Shown here: positions 19,541 to 28,009 of the stretch, piece by piece
Layout of the letters: each line of letters opens with the position of its first letter
Position numbering within the stretch: position 1 is the stretch's first letter
Assembly (NCBI GenBank): GCA_965372795.1
Contig: CBDVDR010000008.1
Location: forward strand, 32,001 to 96,000
From: an uncultured bacterium
GTDB lineage: Bacteria; Zixibacteria; MSB-5A5; GN15; FEB-12
DNA: 64,000 bases
Direction of reading: 5' to 3'
Made by a program: the position numbers and the translations under genes
The notes under the pieces: generated by a model
Database searches by the model: none
What the model saw: only the letters and a program-made list of their open reading frames with translations
Told to the model about the DNA's origin: nothing

Positions 19541-20257
19541 ATGAAATCAAATTATGACCTGCTTTCAATTGGGGCTCATCCGGATGATGTCGAGGTTGGC
19601 ACCGGCGGCGTTCTGATCGATCTGAAAAAAAGAGGCTATAAATGCGGTCTCGTGATTCTGACCGAAGGCGAAATGGGTACCGGTGGAACTCCCGAGATTA
19701 GAGCGCAGGAAGTAAAAGATGCGGCAAAAATTCTGGGGGCCGATGTTGTAAAAACTTTCGACTGGGGCGATACGAAACTTGAAGACAGCATCAAACACCG
19801 CTCACAGTTAGCTGAGATTATCAGACAAACCCGTCCTAAGATAATTCTAACGCCATACCCCCATGTGGGACATGGACGCCGACAGTCACATCCTGATCAT
19901 GTGGCATCCGGTATTATATCGATCAATGCTGCAAATATGGCGGCGTTGAAAAAGGCTGAAATAGAAGGCGAGCCTCATCTGGTAACAAGAATCTTTCACT
20001 ATTTCCTTCCTCCCGGTTTGACTCCAAATTTTGTGGTCGATATCACTCCGCATTTTGAAAAGTGGATCGAAGCTTTGTCGGCGCATAAATCACAATTTCT
20101 CAATCCTGAAAAATCAAATGACTATCTCGAACATCTTGAGGCGATGGCGCGCTCTTATGGTTTGGTGGCAAGGTGTAAATACGGACAGGGATTTCATGCG
20201 GTTGAACCGATAGTGGTTGGTGACATCATGACCCTCGCCGTTCCGGACTTACATTAA
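19541..20257 (+). CDS. bshB1: Bacillithiol biosynthesis N-acetylglucosaminyl-malate deacetylase (PIG-L family)
   Basis: AHPDDVE, LTEGEMGTGGT...R..E, HPDH, FVVDIT, AHKSQF; start ATG 19541 after GAGGTG. Confidence 0.85.
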   Translation: MKSNYDLLSIGAHPDDVEVGTGGVLIDLKKRGYKCGLVILTEGEMGTGGTPEIRAQEVKDAAKILGADVVKTFDWGDTKLEDSIKHRSQLAEIIRQTRPKIILTPYPHVGHGRRQSHPDHVASGIISINAANMAALKKAEIEGEPHLVTRIFHYFLPPGLTPNFVVDITPHFEKWIEALSAHKSQFLNPEKSNDYLEHLEAMARSYGLVARCKYGQGFHAVEPIVVGDIMTLAVPDLH

Positions 20258-20274
20258 CTCCCACGTTGTGGGTC

Positions 20275-20452
20275 TTTTCCTTGTAACTCATTCTTTTGTA
20301 TGGGAATACACGGAATTGGGTTCGTTTCTTCACTTTTGACATAGTGATGTCTTTGGCACGCTTCGCGTGAATTATTTTCTTCGTATAATAATCTTTGATA
20401 TGTTTTTGAGTCGAAATTTTGGACATAACTCACTCTTCCCTTTTATAGAGGG
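20275..20452 (-). repeat. Left copy of diverged ~180-bp element, inverted relative to 21754-21938
   Basis: Minus strand has blocks CCCTCTATAAAA, TTATGTCCAAAAT, AAACGAACCCAATT, AGAATGAGTTACAAGGAAAA. Confidence 0.7.
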
Positions 20453-20598
20453 ATACATTTTCCTATTCAACAGTGTTTTGGGTGTGAATTTGGAGGGATG
20501 CACGGGCACTTGATTAATTGATGAAATACATATATATTTATCCATGAATTATAGGCGTTCGGTTTTGGCAGGGAGATGACTTATGAAGATTATTACTA

Positions 20599-20675
20599 AC
20601 CCCACCGCAAGGGGTGGGGTGGCTGTGATAGAAGAAAAACATGAACGTCGAAACCGCAAGGGTTTCTACCTACTC
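20599..20675. repeat. REP-like palindrome doublet
   Basis: CCCCACCGCAAGGGGTGGGG plus GTCGAAACCGCAAGGGTTTCTACCTAC (GTAG start on minus); similar doublet at 38171-38255. Confidence 0.8.
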
Positions 20676-20815
20676 TAACTATATAAAAACCAGAATAAGT
20701 CACAATCAAGTCACATCTGGTGTTCAATTTAGAACTTTTAACCGATATAATCGTTATAATATTATTGGTTGACTTAATGCAATAATTAGACATATTGAGT
20801 TTGAAAGGAATTTTT

Positions 20816-21382
20816 ATGGACTTTACAAGATATCATAGCTTCAAAGATGAACATAAAAAACTCAAAGAGTTGATTCTTTATGTTTCAGATAAATGCTTGC
20901 AGCACAATAAATTTGGTGCAACTAAGTTAAATAAAATACTCTTTTTCTCAGACTTTATCGCTTACCATCAGCGAGGCATATCAATTACAGGAGAAACATA
21001 TTTTAAGTTGGATAATGGTCCTGCACCCAAACATTTACTTCCAGTTAGGGAGGAGCTAAGGCAAGCGAAAGATTTAGAGATTTCCATCAGGAAAACATTT
21101 GCTGGTGATCAATTACGCCCTATTGCATTGAGGCCACCAAATTTGTCTGAGTTTGATGGCGAAGAAATCTCAATAGTTGATGAAGTAATTACTGCACTTA
21201 GAGATAAAAGCTCAGAAGAAGTTAGTGAAATGTCTCATTTATTCCCTGGGTGGATATTGGTAAATACGAAAGAAGACATACCTTATGAAACAGTATATAT
21301 AAATGACCCTTCAAAGATTTTAGTTACTGACCATAATAACAAAAAAGCGCAGGAATTAGCTGAAAAAAATGGTCTCATCTGA
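20816..21382 (+). CDS. Panacea-domain (DUF4065/SocA/GepA) antitoxin
   Basis: KLKELILY, TKLNKILFFSDF, GISITGETY.KL..GPAP, SEMSH...W, IPYE. Confidence 0.88.
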   Translation: MDFTRYHSFKDEHKKLKELILYVSDKCLQHNKFGATKLNKILFFSDFIAYHQRGISITGETYFKLDNGPAPKHLLPVREELRQAKDLEISIRKTFAGDQLRPIALRPPNLSEFDGEEISIVDEVITALRDKSSEEVSEMSHLFPGWILVNTKEDIPYETVYINDPSKILVTDHNNKKAQELAEKNGLI

Positions 21383-21671
21383 ATTTGATCGTACCTCTCG
21401 TTTTGTAGACTTTAATTCTGATGCAAGAGAAGATATTCATGCTATAGAAAGTACTTATCCAGATATCAATAAAGTTCTTATTGGTATTCAAGTATTTTTA
21501 AAAGAAAGTGCTCATAACGGTATCCATTTAAAGCATAATATTTATTTATACACAACTGCAAAAGGTACAACAATCCCTCCTATTGATGTTTATTATACTT
21601 TTGATGAAATCAAAGTTTTTGTGAATTGTTTAGAAGTAAAAAAGGGCTTTACTTACAATAATAATTCTTAA
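21369..21671 (+). CDS. Putative toxin partner of Panacea antitoxin, possibly RelE/ParE-like fold
   Basis: 100 aa, overlaps antitoxin stop; strand-helix-helix start (FVDFNSDAREDI) and C-terminal strands (IDVYYTFDEIKVFV). Confidence 0.6.
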   Translation: MVSSEFDRTSRFVDFNSDAREDIHAIESTYPDINKVLIGIQVFLKESAHNGIHLKHNIYLYTTAKGTTIPPIDVYYTFDEIKVFVNCLEVKKGFTYNNNS

Positions 21672-21753
21672 CAATATTCTTTTTAAATTTTTTAATTAAA
21701 ATTGCCTTGCATCCAAATTCACTCATTTATCGTTGTTGATTGAGATTTCATAA

Positions 21754-21938
21754 CCCTCTATAAAAAGAGGAGCGGTAAATTATGTCCAAAATCGTATGTC
21801 CAATTATCAAAAAATCACACGAATATAAATAACTCAAAAAATTACAAAAACTGTGTTCTTGGCGTCAAAAACATAAAAATGACAAAACGAGCCCATTTTC
21901 ATTGTACAAGACTATAACAGAATAAGTTACAAAGAAAA
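21754..21938 (+). repeat. Right copy of diverged ~180-bp element
   Basis: Blocks CCCTCTATAAAA, TTATGTCCAAAAT, AAACGAGCCCATTT, AGAATAAGTTACAAAGAAAA. Confidence 0.7.
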
Positions 21939-21973
21939 AACACTATTTGAGTAAGTTTCCAATATCAAAACTG

Positions 21974-22392
21974 ATCAGGTCTTCGGAGTAAAAGACCTGA
22001 CGTTAGAGGGATAGATGTGCACAAAAGGCAGGATCGCAGGGATGCTACCCTACTAAACTAATACCTCCCACGAAAATCCAATTGAATAGAAACCCACCCC
22101 AAGGGATGGGCTACCCGATGGCGCCCACAAGCAATGTCAGGAGGACATCCGCCTTGGCGGACTGACCTACTCAAGAATAAATTTAATCGACCGTCCACGA
22201 AAATAATGTTGAATAGAAATTAATTCAAATGAATAGAAACCCACCCCAAAGGGTGGGCTACCCGATGGCGCCCACAAGCAATGTCAGGAGGACACGCCTC
22301 CTGACCTACTCAAGAAAAGACTAAAGGGTTCTGCCCTACTCGAACTATTGGGGCAGACGAGCACACGAAATGTGGTTGACGTCTGCCGCCCA
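21974..22392. repeat. Cluster of REP-like palindromes including a ~90-bp direct duplication (22083-22177 / 22230-22316)
   Basis: Two copies of TGAATAGAAACCCACCCCAA..GGGCTACCCGATGGCGCCCACAAGCAATGTCAGGAGGACA...CTGACCTACTCAAGAA; several other hairpins ending CCTAC. Confidence 0.85.
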
Positions 22393-22407
22393 CATTACGA
22401 AAGTAAA

Positions 22408-23208
22408 TTATTTATTGGCGATGACGAAGACCGAGGATTCGGTGATCGTCAAGCTACCATTACGGCTCGCTAAATGATCAATAATCATCTTTTTGGTTTT
22501 TGTTTTGTTTTTTTCATTTACAAAATGATCGAGATAATTCTCATTCACAATTGCATTGATCCGTTCAACATAACCGATCGGTTTGATCGGTTCGACCGTT
22601 GACAAAGTAAAATTGTTTTCGACTTTGAAACCGGCATTAGCAACCGATTCGCTTAGTTCTGATAAGGTATGAAGTTTTGCACCCATGATTTCAAAAGGTT
22701 CACCATCAGGGAAAAGGCCGGGGTAGTCCTGAGAGATACCGCGAAGGACATTTGAAAATTCCTGATAACAGTCAGTTGAAAGAGCGACAAGCGCCAGTTT
22801 GCCGTTTGGTTTTAGGACCCGATTGACTTCACTTAGGAACTGTTTGCGATCCGGCACCCAGGGGTAGGCGTTTGATGAGACAACAATATCAAACTCGCCG
22901 GCATCCAGATTAAGATCGAGGGCGTTGCCAAGTTTAAAGGTAACATTCGAAAAATTTTCCCGTTCGAGATTTTTTTGCGACAGTTCAACCATGTTGGGCG
23001 ATAGATCAATTCCCAAAAGCGAGCCGCCATCGGTTAGTTCACGGGCGATGTGCATTGATAAAATTCCCGGACCGGAACCGATATCCAAAATTCGTTCGGT
23101 ACCTTTTAAGTTCAGGGCATGGGTTAAAGCTAAAAACTGATTAAAACGGCGAGGTGATACTGTATTAGTATAAGCCTCTGCTACTGGATTAAAACTGGTG
23201 GTTTTCAT
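22408..23208 (-). CDS. Class I SAM-dependent methyltransferase (Methyltransf_11/31-like)
   Basis: ILDIGSGPG, GIDLSPNMV, FDIVVS, RVLKPNG. Confidence 0.9.
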   Translation of the reverse strand: MKTTSFNPVAEAYTNTVSPRRFNQFLALTHALNLKGTERILDIGSGPGILSMHIARELTDGGSLLGIDLSPNMVELSQKNLERENFSNVTFKLGNALDLNLDAGEFDIVVSSNAYPWVPDRKQFLSEVNRVLKPNGKLALVALSTDCYQEFSNVLRGISQDYPGLFPDGEPFEIMGAKLHTLSELSESVANAGFKVENNFTLSTVEPIKPIGYVERINAIVNENYLDHFVNEKNKTKTKKMIIDHLASRNGSLTITESSVFVIANK

Positions 23209-23261
23209 TATGAAACCTCATTTATTAAATTGTTACAAAAATATATTTTTAATATTAAATA

Positions 23262-23284
23262 CAGCGGGACTTTTTGTCCCGCTG
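23262..23284 (-). terminator. Hairpin between CGL and methyltransferase (weak U-tract)
   Basis: CAGCGGGAC/GTCCCGCTG 9-bp stem followed by TATTT. Confidence 0.55.
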
Positions 23285-23333
23285 ATGCAAAGCTAATTAA
23301 TGTAGAAATGTGAAAGACTGTGAGAGGGTGTGC

Positions 23334-24509
23334 TTATTTCACAGCCTTCTTGGTACATCGAAGAGTTTCAAAAGCGGTTCTGAGATCAATAAGCATATCG
23401 TCGATATGCTCAACTCCGACAGAGAGCCGGATTAGACCATCAGTGATTCCGTTTTTTTCACGGATCTCTTTTGGAATAGAAGCATGGGTCATGGAAGCCG
23501 GGTGATTCAACAAAGATTCGACTCCGCCCAAAGATTCAGCCAGAACAAAAACTTCGGTTGCCATTGCAAATGCTTTGACCTGTTCGAAGTCGGCTTTGAT
23601 ATCAAAGGAAACCATCCCGCCCGGCATGGACATTTTGTTCGGCACCGGTTTGCCATCCTGTCCGGGGAAATAGATGCGATCAACCAGATCGACAGTTTCG
23701 AGATATTCAACAACTTTGACAGCGTTGACGCTGTGGCGTTCCATGCGGAGATGCAAAGTTTTCAAACCGCGCAGAACGAGCCATGAATCAAACGGTGCGA
23801 GAATACCGCCAACGGCGTATTGAGCCAGATGGACTTTTTCAGCAAGAGCTTCATCTTTTACAATCAAGCCTCCTCCGATAACATCACAATGTCCACCGAG
23901 ATATTTTGAGAGCGAGTGCATAACTATATCAGCGCCAAGCTCCAAAGGTCTTTGGATGTATGGTGTTGCAAAAGTATTGTCGACCCCGACAAGGATATCT
24001 TTTTCTTTGGCGATTTTGACAACCGCTTCGATATCGGTAATTTTTAAAAGCGGATTGGTCGGAGTTTCAATCCAGAATAGTTTGGTGTTGGGTTTGATTG
24101 CTTTTCTAAAGTTTTCCGCATCTCTGCCATCGACATAGGTAAAGTCGAGATTAAAGTTACGAAGCATCTTTTCAAACATCCGATGAGTTCCGCCGTAAAG
24201 ATCATCAACCGCAACGACATGATCGCCGGCTTTTAGAAGATGCATCACACAATCAAGGGCGGCGAGTCCGGAAGCATAGGCAAAGCCTTTGTGACCGTTC
24301 TCAAGAGTGGCTAAAGCTTCTTCAAGCGCCAACCGCGTTGGATTTAAATAGCGAGAGTAGACATAGCCGGAATCATCACCGGGGTAATCAACCCGATAGG
24401 TAGTGCTTTGGAAGATCGGAGTTGTTACGGCTCCGGTTTCATCCCCTTTTACACTTCCGGAATGTATCGCTTTTGTTTCAAATTTTTTGTTTTTCCAATG
24501 TTCATTCAT
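23334..24509 (-). CDS. Cystathionine gamma-lyase/synthase (Cys/Met metabolism PLP enzyme)
   Basis: YSRYLNPTR, DLYGGT, ETPTNP, DNTFATP, SLSKYLGGHCD, LAESLGGVESL, THAS. Confidence 0.95.
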   Translation of the reverse strand: MNEHWKNKKFETKAIHSGSVKGDETGAVTTPIFQSTTYRVDYPGDDSGYVYSRYLNPTRLALEEALATLENGHKGFAYASGLAALDCVMHLLKAGDHVVAVDDLYGGTHRMFEKMLRNFNLDFTYVDGRDAENFRKAIKPNTKLFWIETPTNPLLKITDIEAVVKIAKEKDILVGVDNTFATPYIQRPLELGADIVMHSLSKYLGGHCDVIGGGLIVKDEALAEKVHLAQYAVGGILAPFDSWLVLRGLKTLHLRMERHSVNAVKVVEYLETVDLVDRIYFPGQDGKPVPNKMSMPGGMVSFDIKADFEQVKAFAMATEVFVLAESLGGVESLLNHPASMTHASIPKEIREKNGITDGLIRLSVGVEHIDDMLIDLRTAFETLRCTKKAVK

Positions 24510-24518
24510 AACAAGCCT

Positions 24519-25526
24519 CTATTTCAAAAAACCTTTTTCGCGCATCCAGTCATCATTAAAAATCTTACTAATATATTTTGGTCCGCCATCCGGCAGAATA
24601 ACTACCATCGTTTTGTCAGCCTCAAGAGTTTTAGCGTGTTCCATCGCAACATGTACAGCCGCACCCGATGAACCGCCGACGAAGATACCTTCTTTGCGGG
24701 TAAGATCGCGAGCTGTTAGAAAACTCTGCTGGTCGGTAACCTGATAGACTTTGTCGATATACTGAAAATCAATTGAGGGACAAAGCATATCTTCACCAAT
24801 ACCTTCAACAAAATAGGTATGGGGTTCGATCATGGTTTTATCTTTATGGTAATTATAATAAACCGATCCGATGGGGTCGACCGCAACTATTTCAATCTGA
24901 GAATTTTGTTCTTTTAGATATTTAGCTGTTCCCGAAACTGTTCCGCCGGTACCGATACCGCCGACTAACACATCAAGCTGACCATTGGTTTGTTTCCAGA
25001 TTTCCGGTCCGGTCAAATTATAGTGGGCTTCAATATTGTTGAGATTAAAATATTGTCCCACAAAGTAGCTTCCCTGGTTTTCCCGCTGCAGTCTTTTTGC
25101 GGTTTCGTAATAACTTTCGGGAGATTCAGCCGGGACCGCGGTCGGGCAGATATGCACCTCGGCACCAAAAGCTTTTAAGGCGTCAACTTTTTCCTGCGAC
25201 ATTTTATCCGGAATGGTTAATATGACTTTATGTCCATTGACCGCCCCAAACATAGCCACCGCTGCTCCGGTGTTGCCGGAAGTTGCCTCGACAATAGTTC
25301 CGCCCGGTTTGAGATCGCCTTTATCAAGCGCCTGTTTTAAAATATAAATAGCCATGCGGTCTTTAATAGAGCCGGTCGGATTCATAAATTCCGGTTTTAC
25401 TAAAATAGTAGCTTTGATGCCCAGTTCGGCAGGCAATTTTTGAAGTTTAATCAGCGGAGTATTGCCGATTACTTCCGTTATGTCGTTTGAATACTTAAAC
25501 TTAGTTTTCAAAATTGTTTCGTTCAC
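24519..25526 (-). CDS. Cystathionine beta-synthase / cysteine synthase family (MccA/CBS-like)
   Basis: GNTPL, NPTGSIKDR, TSGNTG, GIGTGGT, VEGIGED, GGSSG; GTG start with SD AGAGG. Confidence 0.93.
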   Translation of the reverse strand: MNETILKTKFKYSNDITEVIGNTPLIKLQKLPAELGIKATILVKPEFMNPTGSIKDRMAIYILKQALDKGDLKPGGTIVEATSGNTGAAVAMFGAVNGHKVILTIPDKMSQEKVDALKAFGAEVHICPTAVPAESPESYYETAKRLQRENQGSYFVGQYFNLNNIEAHYNLTGPEIWKQTNGQLDVLVGGIGTGGTVSGTAKYLKEQNSQIEIVAVDPIGSVYYNYHKDKTMIEPHTYFVEGIGEDMLCPSIDFQYIDKVYQVTDQQSFLTARDLTRKEGIFVGGSSGAAVHVAMEHAKTLEADKTMVVILPDGGPKYISKIFNDDWMREKGFLK

Positions 25527-25564
25527 TTATAACCTCTTAAAATTTTATATCCTTATAATAAAGC

Positions 25565-25594
25565 AAAAAAAAACCACCTTCAACTAAAAGGTGG
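25565..25594 (-). terminator. Attenuator terminator upstream of CBS
   Basis: CCACCTT-TTAGTTG-AAGGTGG followed by T9, 38 nt before the CBS start. Confidence 0.9.
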
Positions 25595-25625
25595 ACCAAA
25601 ATATACAAAGTTGCTGTTATTCAGA

Positions 25626-25697
25626 CTAAGACATATTTCGATCCTTCTTATTACAACAACAACAGCAGCTAATATGTTTACGAAATAGTTTAATCAT
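25626..25697 (-). CDS. Cysteine-rich attenuator leader peptide (MIKLFRKHISCCCCCNKKDRNMS)
   Basis: Own translation; five consecutive Cys codons at 25653-25667; SD AAAGGA; in-frame GTG at 25700 is an alternative start. Confidence 0.88.
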   Translation of the reverse strand: MIKLFRKHISCCCCCNKKDRNMS

Positions 25698-25719
25698 CAC
25701 AAGTTTTCCTTTGTAGACA

Positions 25720-25747
25720 ATTATAATCTATAAATAGAATTTGTCAA
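25720..25747 (-). promoter_or_regulatory. Consensus sigma70 promoter of the Cys leader/CBS-CGL operon
   Basis: TTGACA-N16-TATAAT. Confidence 0.85.
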
Positions 25748-25914
25748 GATCATAATTTGAACAAAAAATTAATATATTTCAAAAAGTAAAATAATCATTG
25801 ACAACTTTCTTGTGGCTAATTAGAATTATTACAAGCAACCGCGCCCATCTATTTTGTAAGTAGTTGTACAAGTGGCGTTTCTATGACAGAATTCAAATGT
25901 CGGAGATCTTAGGG

Positions 25915-26085
25915 ATGATCTGCACAAATTGCAAAGATGAAATTAAAGGTAATCCAATTAGGCAAGGCGATGAAATCTATTGCTCGTTAGAATGCGCCAA
26001 TAAAACCAGTGGGATGAAGCCTGAGAGTGAAGACTATTTTGAGGAACATGAGCTTGAAGGGCTTTATAACGAGGACGAAGAATAA
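25915..26085 (+). CDS. Small Cys-rich putative metal-binding protein with acidic tail
   Basis: MICTNC...YCSLECA; start ATG 25915 after GGAG; TTGACA-N17-TAGAAT promoter near 25798. Confidence 0.7.
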   Translation: MICTNCKDEIKGNPIRQGDEIYCSLECANKTSGMKPESEDYFEEHELEGLYNEDEE

Positions 26086-26119
26086 CAACTAAGGGTATTA
26101 GTTATAATTCTTACTTAAA

Positions 26120-26602
26120 TTAATCCCGTGATATTTTTATTATTTTATAAGTTACCGATCCGGCGGGAATTTTAATTTTGACAACATCCCCAACTTTTTT
26201 ACCCAATAACGCCAACGCTATCGGTGATTTGACTGATATAATGTCTTTAAAAACATCAGCTTCTCCCGGTGGAGCAACGGTATAGACAATTTCCTCGCCA
26301 TCTTTTTCATCCTTAACAGTAACTTTGGCGTATAGGTAAACTTTGTCTTTTGGTATAGAATCAAGGTCAACCGGTTGTACCCTTGACAGGGTCAGTTCTA
26401 AATCAGCCAGTTTTCTTTCAATGTGCCTTTGAGCCTCTTTGGCAGCATGATATTCAGCATTTTCAGAAAGGTCGCCAAGTTCCATAGCTCTTTTAATCTC
26501 GGCAACAATTTTTGGGCGTTCTTTAAATTTGAGGACTTTAAGTTCATCCTCAAGTTTTTTGATTCCCTCAATTGACATATATATTGGATCACTCATAGTC
26601 AT
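26120..26602 (-). CDS. greA: Transcription elongation factor GreA
   Basis: GDLSENAEYHAAKE, ISVKSPIA.ALLGK. Confidence 0.97.
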   Translation of the reverse strand: MTMSDPIYMSIEGIKKLEDELKVLKFKERPKIVAEIKRAMELGDLSENAEYHAAKEAQRHIERKLADLELTLSRVQPVDLDSIPKDKVYLYAKVTVKDEKDGEEIVYTVAPPGEADVFKDIISVKSPIALALLGKKVGDVVKIKIPAGSVTYKIIKISRD

Positions 26603-26614
26603 TGAATATAAAAC

Positions 26615-28006
26615 TTAATTTGAATTATTGCAAGATGCTATTTTTTTTGAAAACATAAAAAATATAATTAATGATAAAATAAGACCTGGGAAAATCGGTT
26701 CAATATTATAAAAATATTGATCTGATTCTGAGAAATATTTGCTGATATACCAAATAAATGAGACTCCACTGCATAAAACTATTGAAATGAATGCCTGAGC
26801 CGGCGGGATTCTTCTTTTTCCAACAAAAGCAAAAAAGAGGGGCACTAACAATGCCGGAGTTCCGATTGATCCGAAAGCATGCCAAATATCAACCGCTGAT
26901 CTGAAAAACAAGGCGAAAACCACGGCAAGCAGGGTTGAAATAATTAAGCCGAGGTGGATGTATTTAATAATATCTTTTTCATTCGTCTTTTTTAAGCGAG
27001 GCATGATATCGTTGCCAAAGGTTGAAGCGGCTAAAAATGAATAGGAATCTACCGTTGACATAACCGTTGATAACAGTGCCAGAGCAAATAATCCTAATAG
27101 TCCAACCGGGAGAACCAGTTCTGCCAGAGCGGGAAAGGATGCTATCGGATTGGTTAGATCAGGAAGGAGGACACGGGCATACAGCCCGGAAGTCGTTGTC
27201 AGGAAATCAAAGAACGCCCAGCATAAAATTGAAACAAAAATGCCATTTCTGGCAGTATTAGCATTTTTTGCCGCAAAGCATCTTTGGTAAAAAGCCGGTT
27301 CAATCAGAGTTGCCAACGCGATGACATACCAAACGGCAATGTACCAGCCGGAATTACCGCCATGCCAGGTGAGATGTTCCTCGGGCAGGTTTTTTTGTAA
27401 AAAGTCAAACCCGCCATAGTCGACAAAAAGAAAAATGACTAAAATAATAAAACCGAGAAACATCAATCCAAATTGAAAGAGGTCGGTTCGGACAACCGAT
27501 TTGAAACCGCCCATGAAAACATAGATTATTGAAAAAATGGTTCCGATTATTACTCCGACATAAAATGGTAAATTAAAAAGATGTTCGCACAATACTCCCA
27601 GCATCAATATGTATGCCGCCGGCACGGTCATTAAAAAGATAATAATTGATCCTGCCAGGGCAGTTCGGTTATCATAGGTTTGAGCCAGCCGTTGGGGAAT
27701 GGTCAGCAGTTCGGTTTGTCTGACTTTTTTTGATAAGAAAATCGCAAAGAAAAATGCGGCTAAATAATAAGGCAGTCCGAACACCAGCCAGTTTGATAAG
27801 CCATAGAGATAGGTATATTCTCCGACTCCTAAGATTCCCCCGTACCAGGTAGATACTAACGAGGCTACGAAAGCCGGAAGGGTTAACATCCGGCCTCCAA
27901 GAATAATTTCAGATGTGGAGCTGTCTTTTTTTAAGCGAAAATAAAATCCGAAAGCTAACAAAGCTCCCAAATATAGAATAACAATAGCATAATCAACCAG
28001 CTGCAT
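26615..28006 (-). CDS. Sodium:solute symporter family protein, probable thiamine/precursor uptake
   Basis: Polytopic; LGGR.L, STWYGG, GGFKSVVRTD, QRCFAAK, MSTVDS; follows the TPP-controlled TonB receptor. Confidence 0.9.
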   Translation of the reverse strand: MQLVDYAIVILYLGALLAFGFYFRLKKDSSTSEIILGGRMLTLPAFVASLVSTWYGGILGVGEYTYLYGLSNWLVFGLPYYLAAFFFAIFLSKKVRQTELLTIPQRLAQTYDNRTALAGSIIIFLMTVPAAYILMLGVLCEHLFNLPFYVGVIIGTIFSIIYVFMGGFKSVVRTDLFQFGLMFLGFIILVIFLFVDYGGFDFLQKNLPEEHLTWHGGNSGWYIAVWYVIALATLIEPAFYQRCFAAKNANTARNGIFVSILCWAFFDFLTTTSGLYARVLLPDLTNPIASFPALAELVLPVGLLGLFALALLSTVMSTVDSYSFLAASTFGNDIMPRLKKTNEKDIIKYIHLGLIISTLLAVVFALFFRSAVDIWHAFGSIGTPALLVPLFFAFVGKRRIPPAQAFISIVLCSGVSFIWYISKYFSESDQYFYNIEPIFPGLILSLIIFFMFSKKIASCNNSN

Positions 28007-28009
28007 TGA

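Noticed and set aside
20596..20793. 65-aa minus ORF upstream of the Panacea gene
   Set aside because: Translates through REP palindromes and the likely promoter region; probably spurious
20460..21750. TA module as an integron cassette or IS cargo
   Set aside because: No convincing attC (RYYYAAC...GTTRRRY with paired arms), integrase, transposase or target duplication seen
22083..22316. Direct repeats as a CRISPR array
   Set aside because: Only two ~90-bp units built from REP hairpins; no regular repeat-spacer period and no cas genes
25527..25750. SAM riboswitch or T-box upstream of CBS
   Set aside because: No S-box or T-box consensus; leader peptide attenuator explains the region
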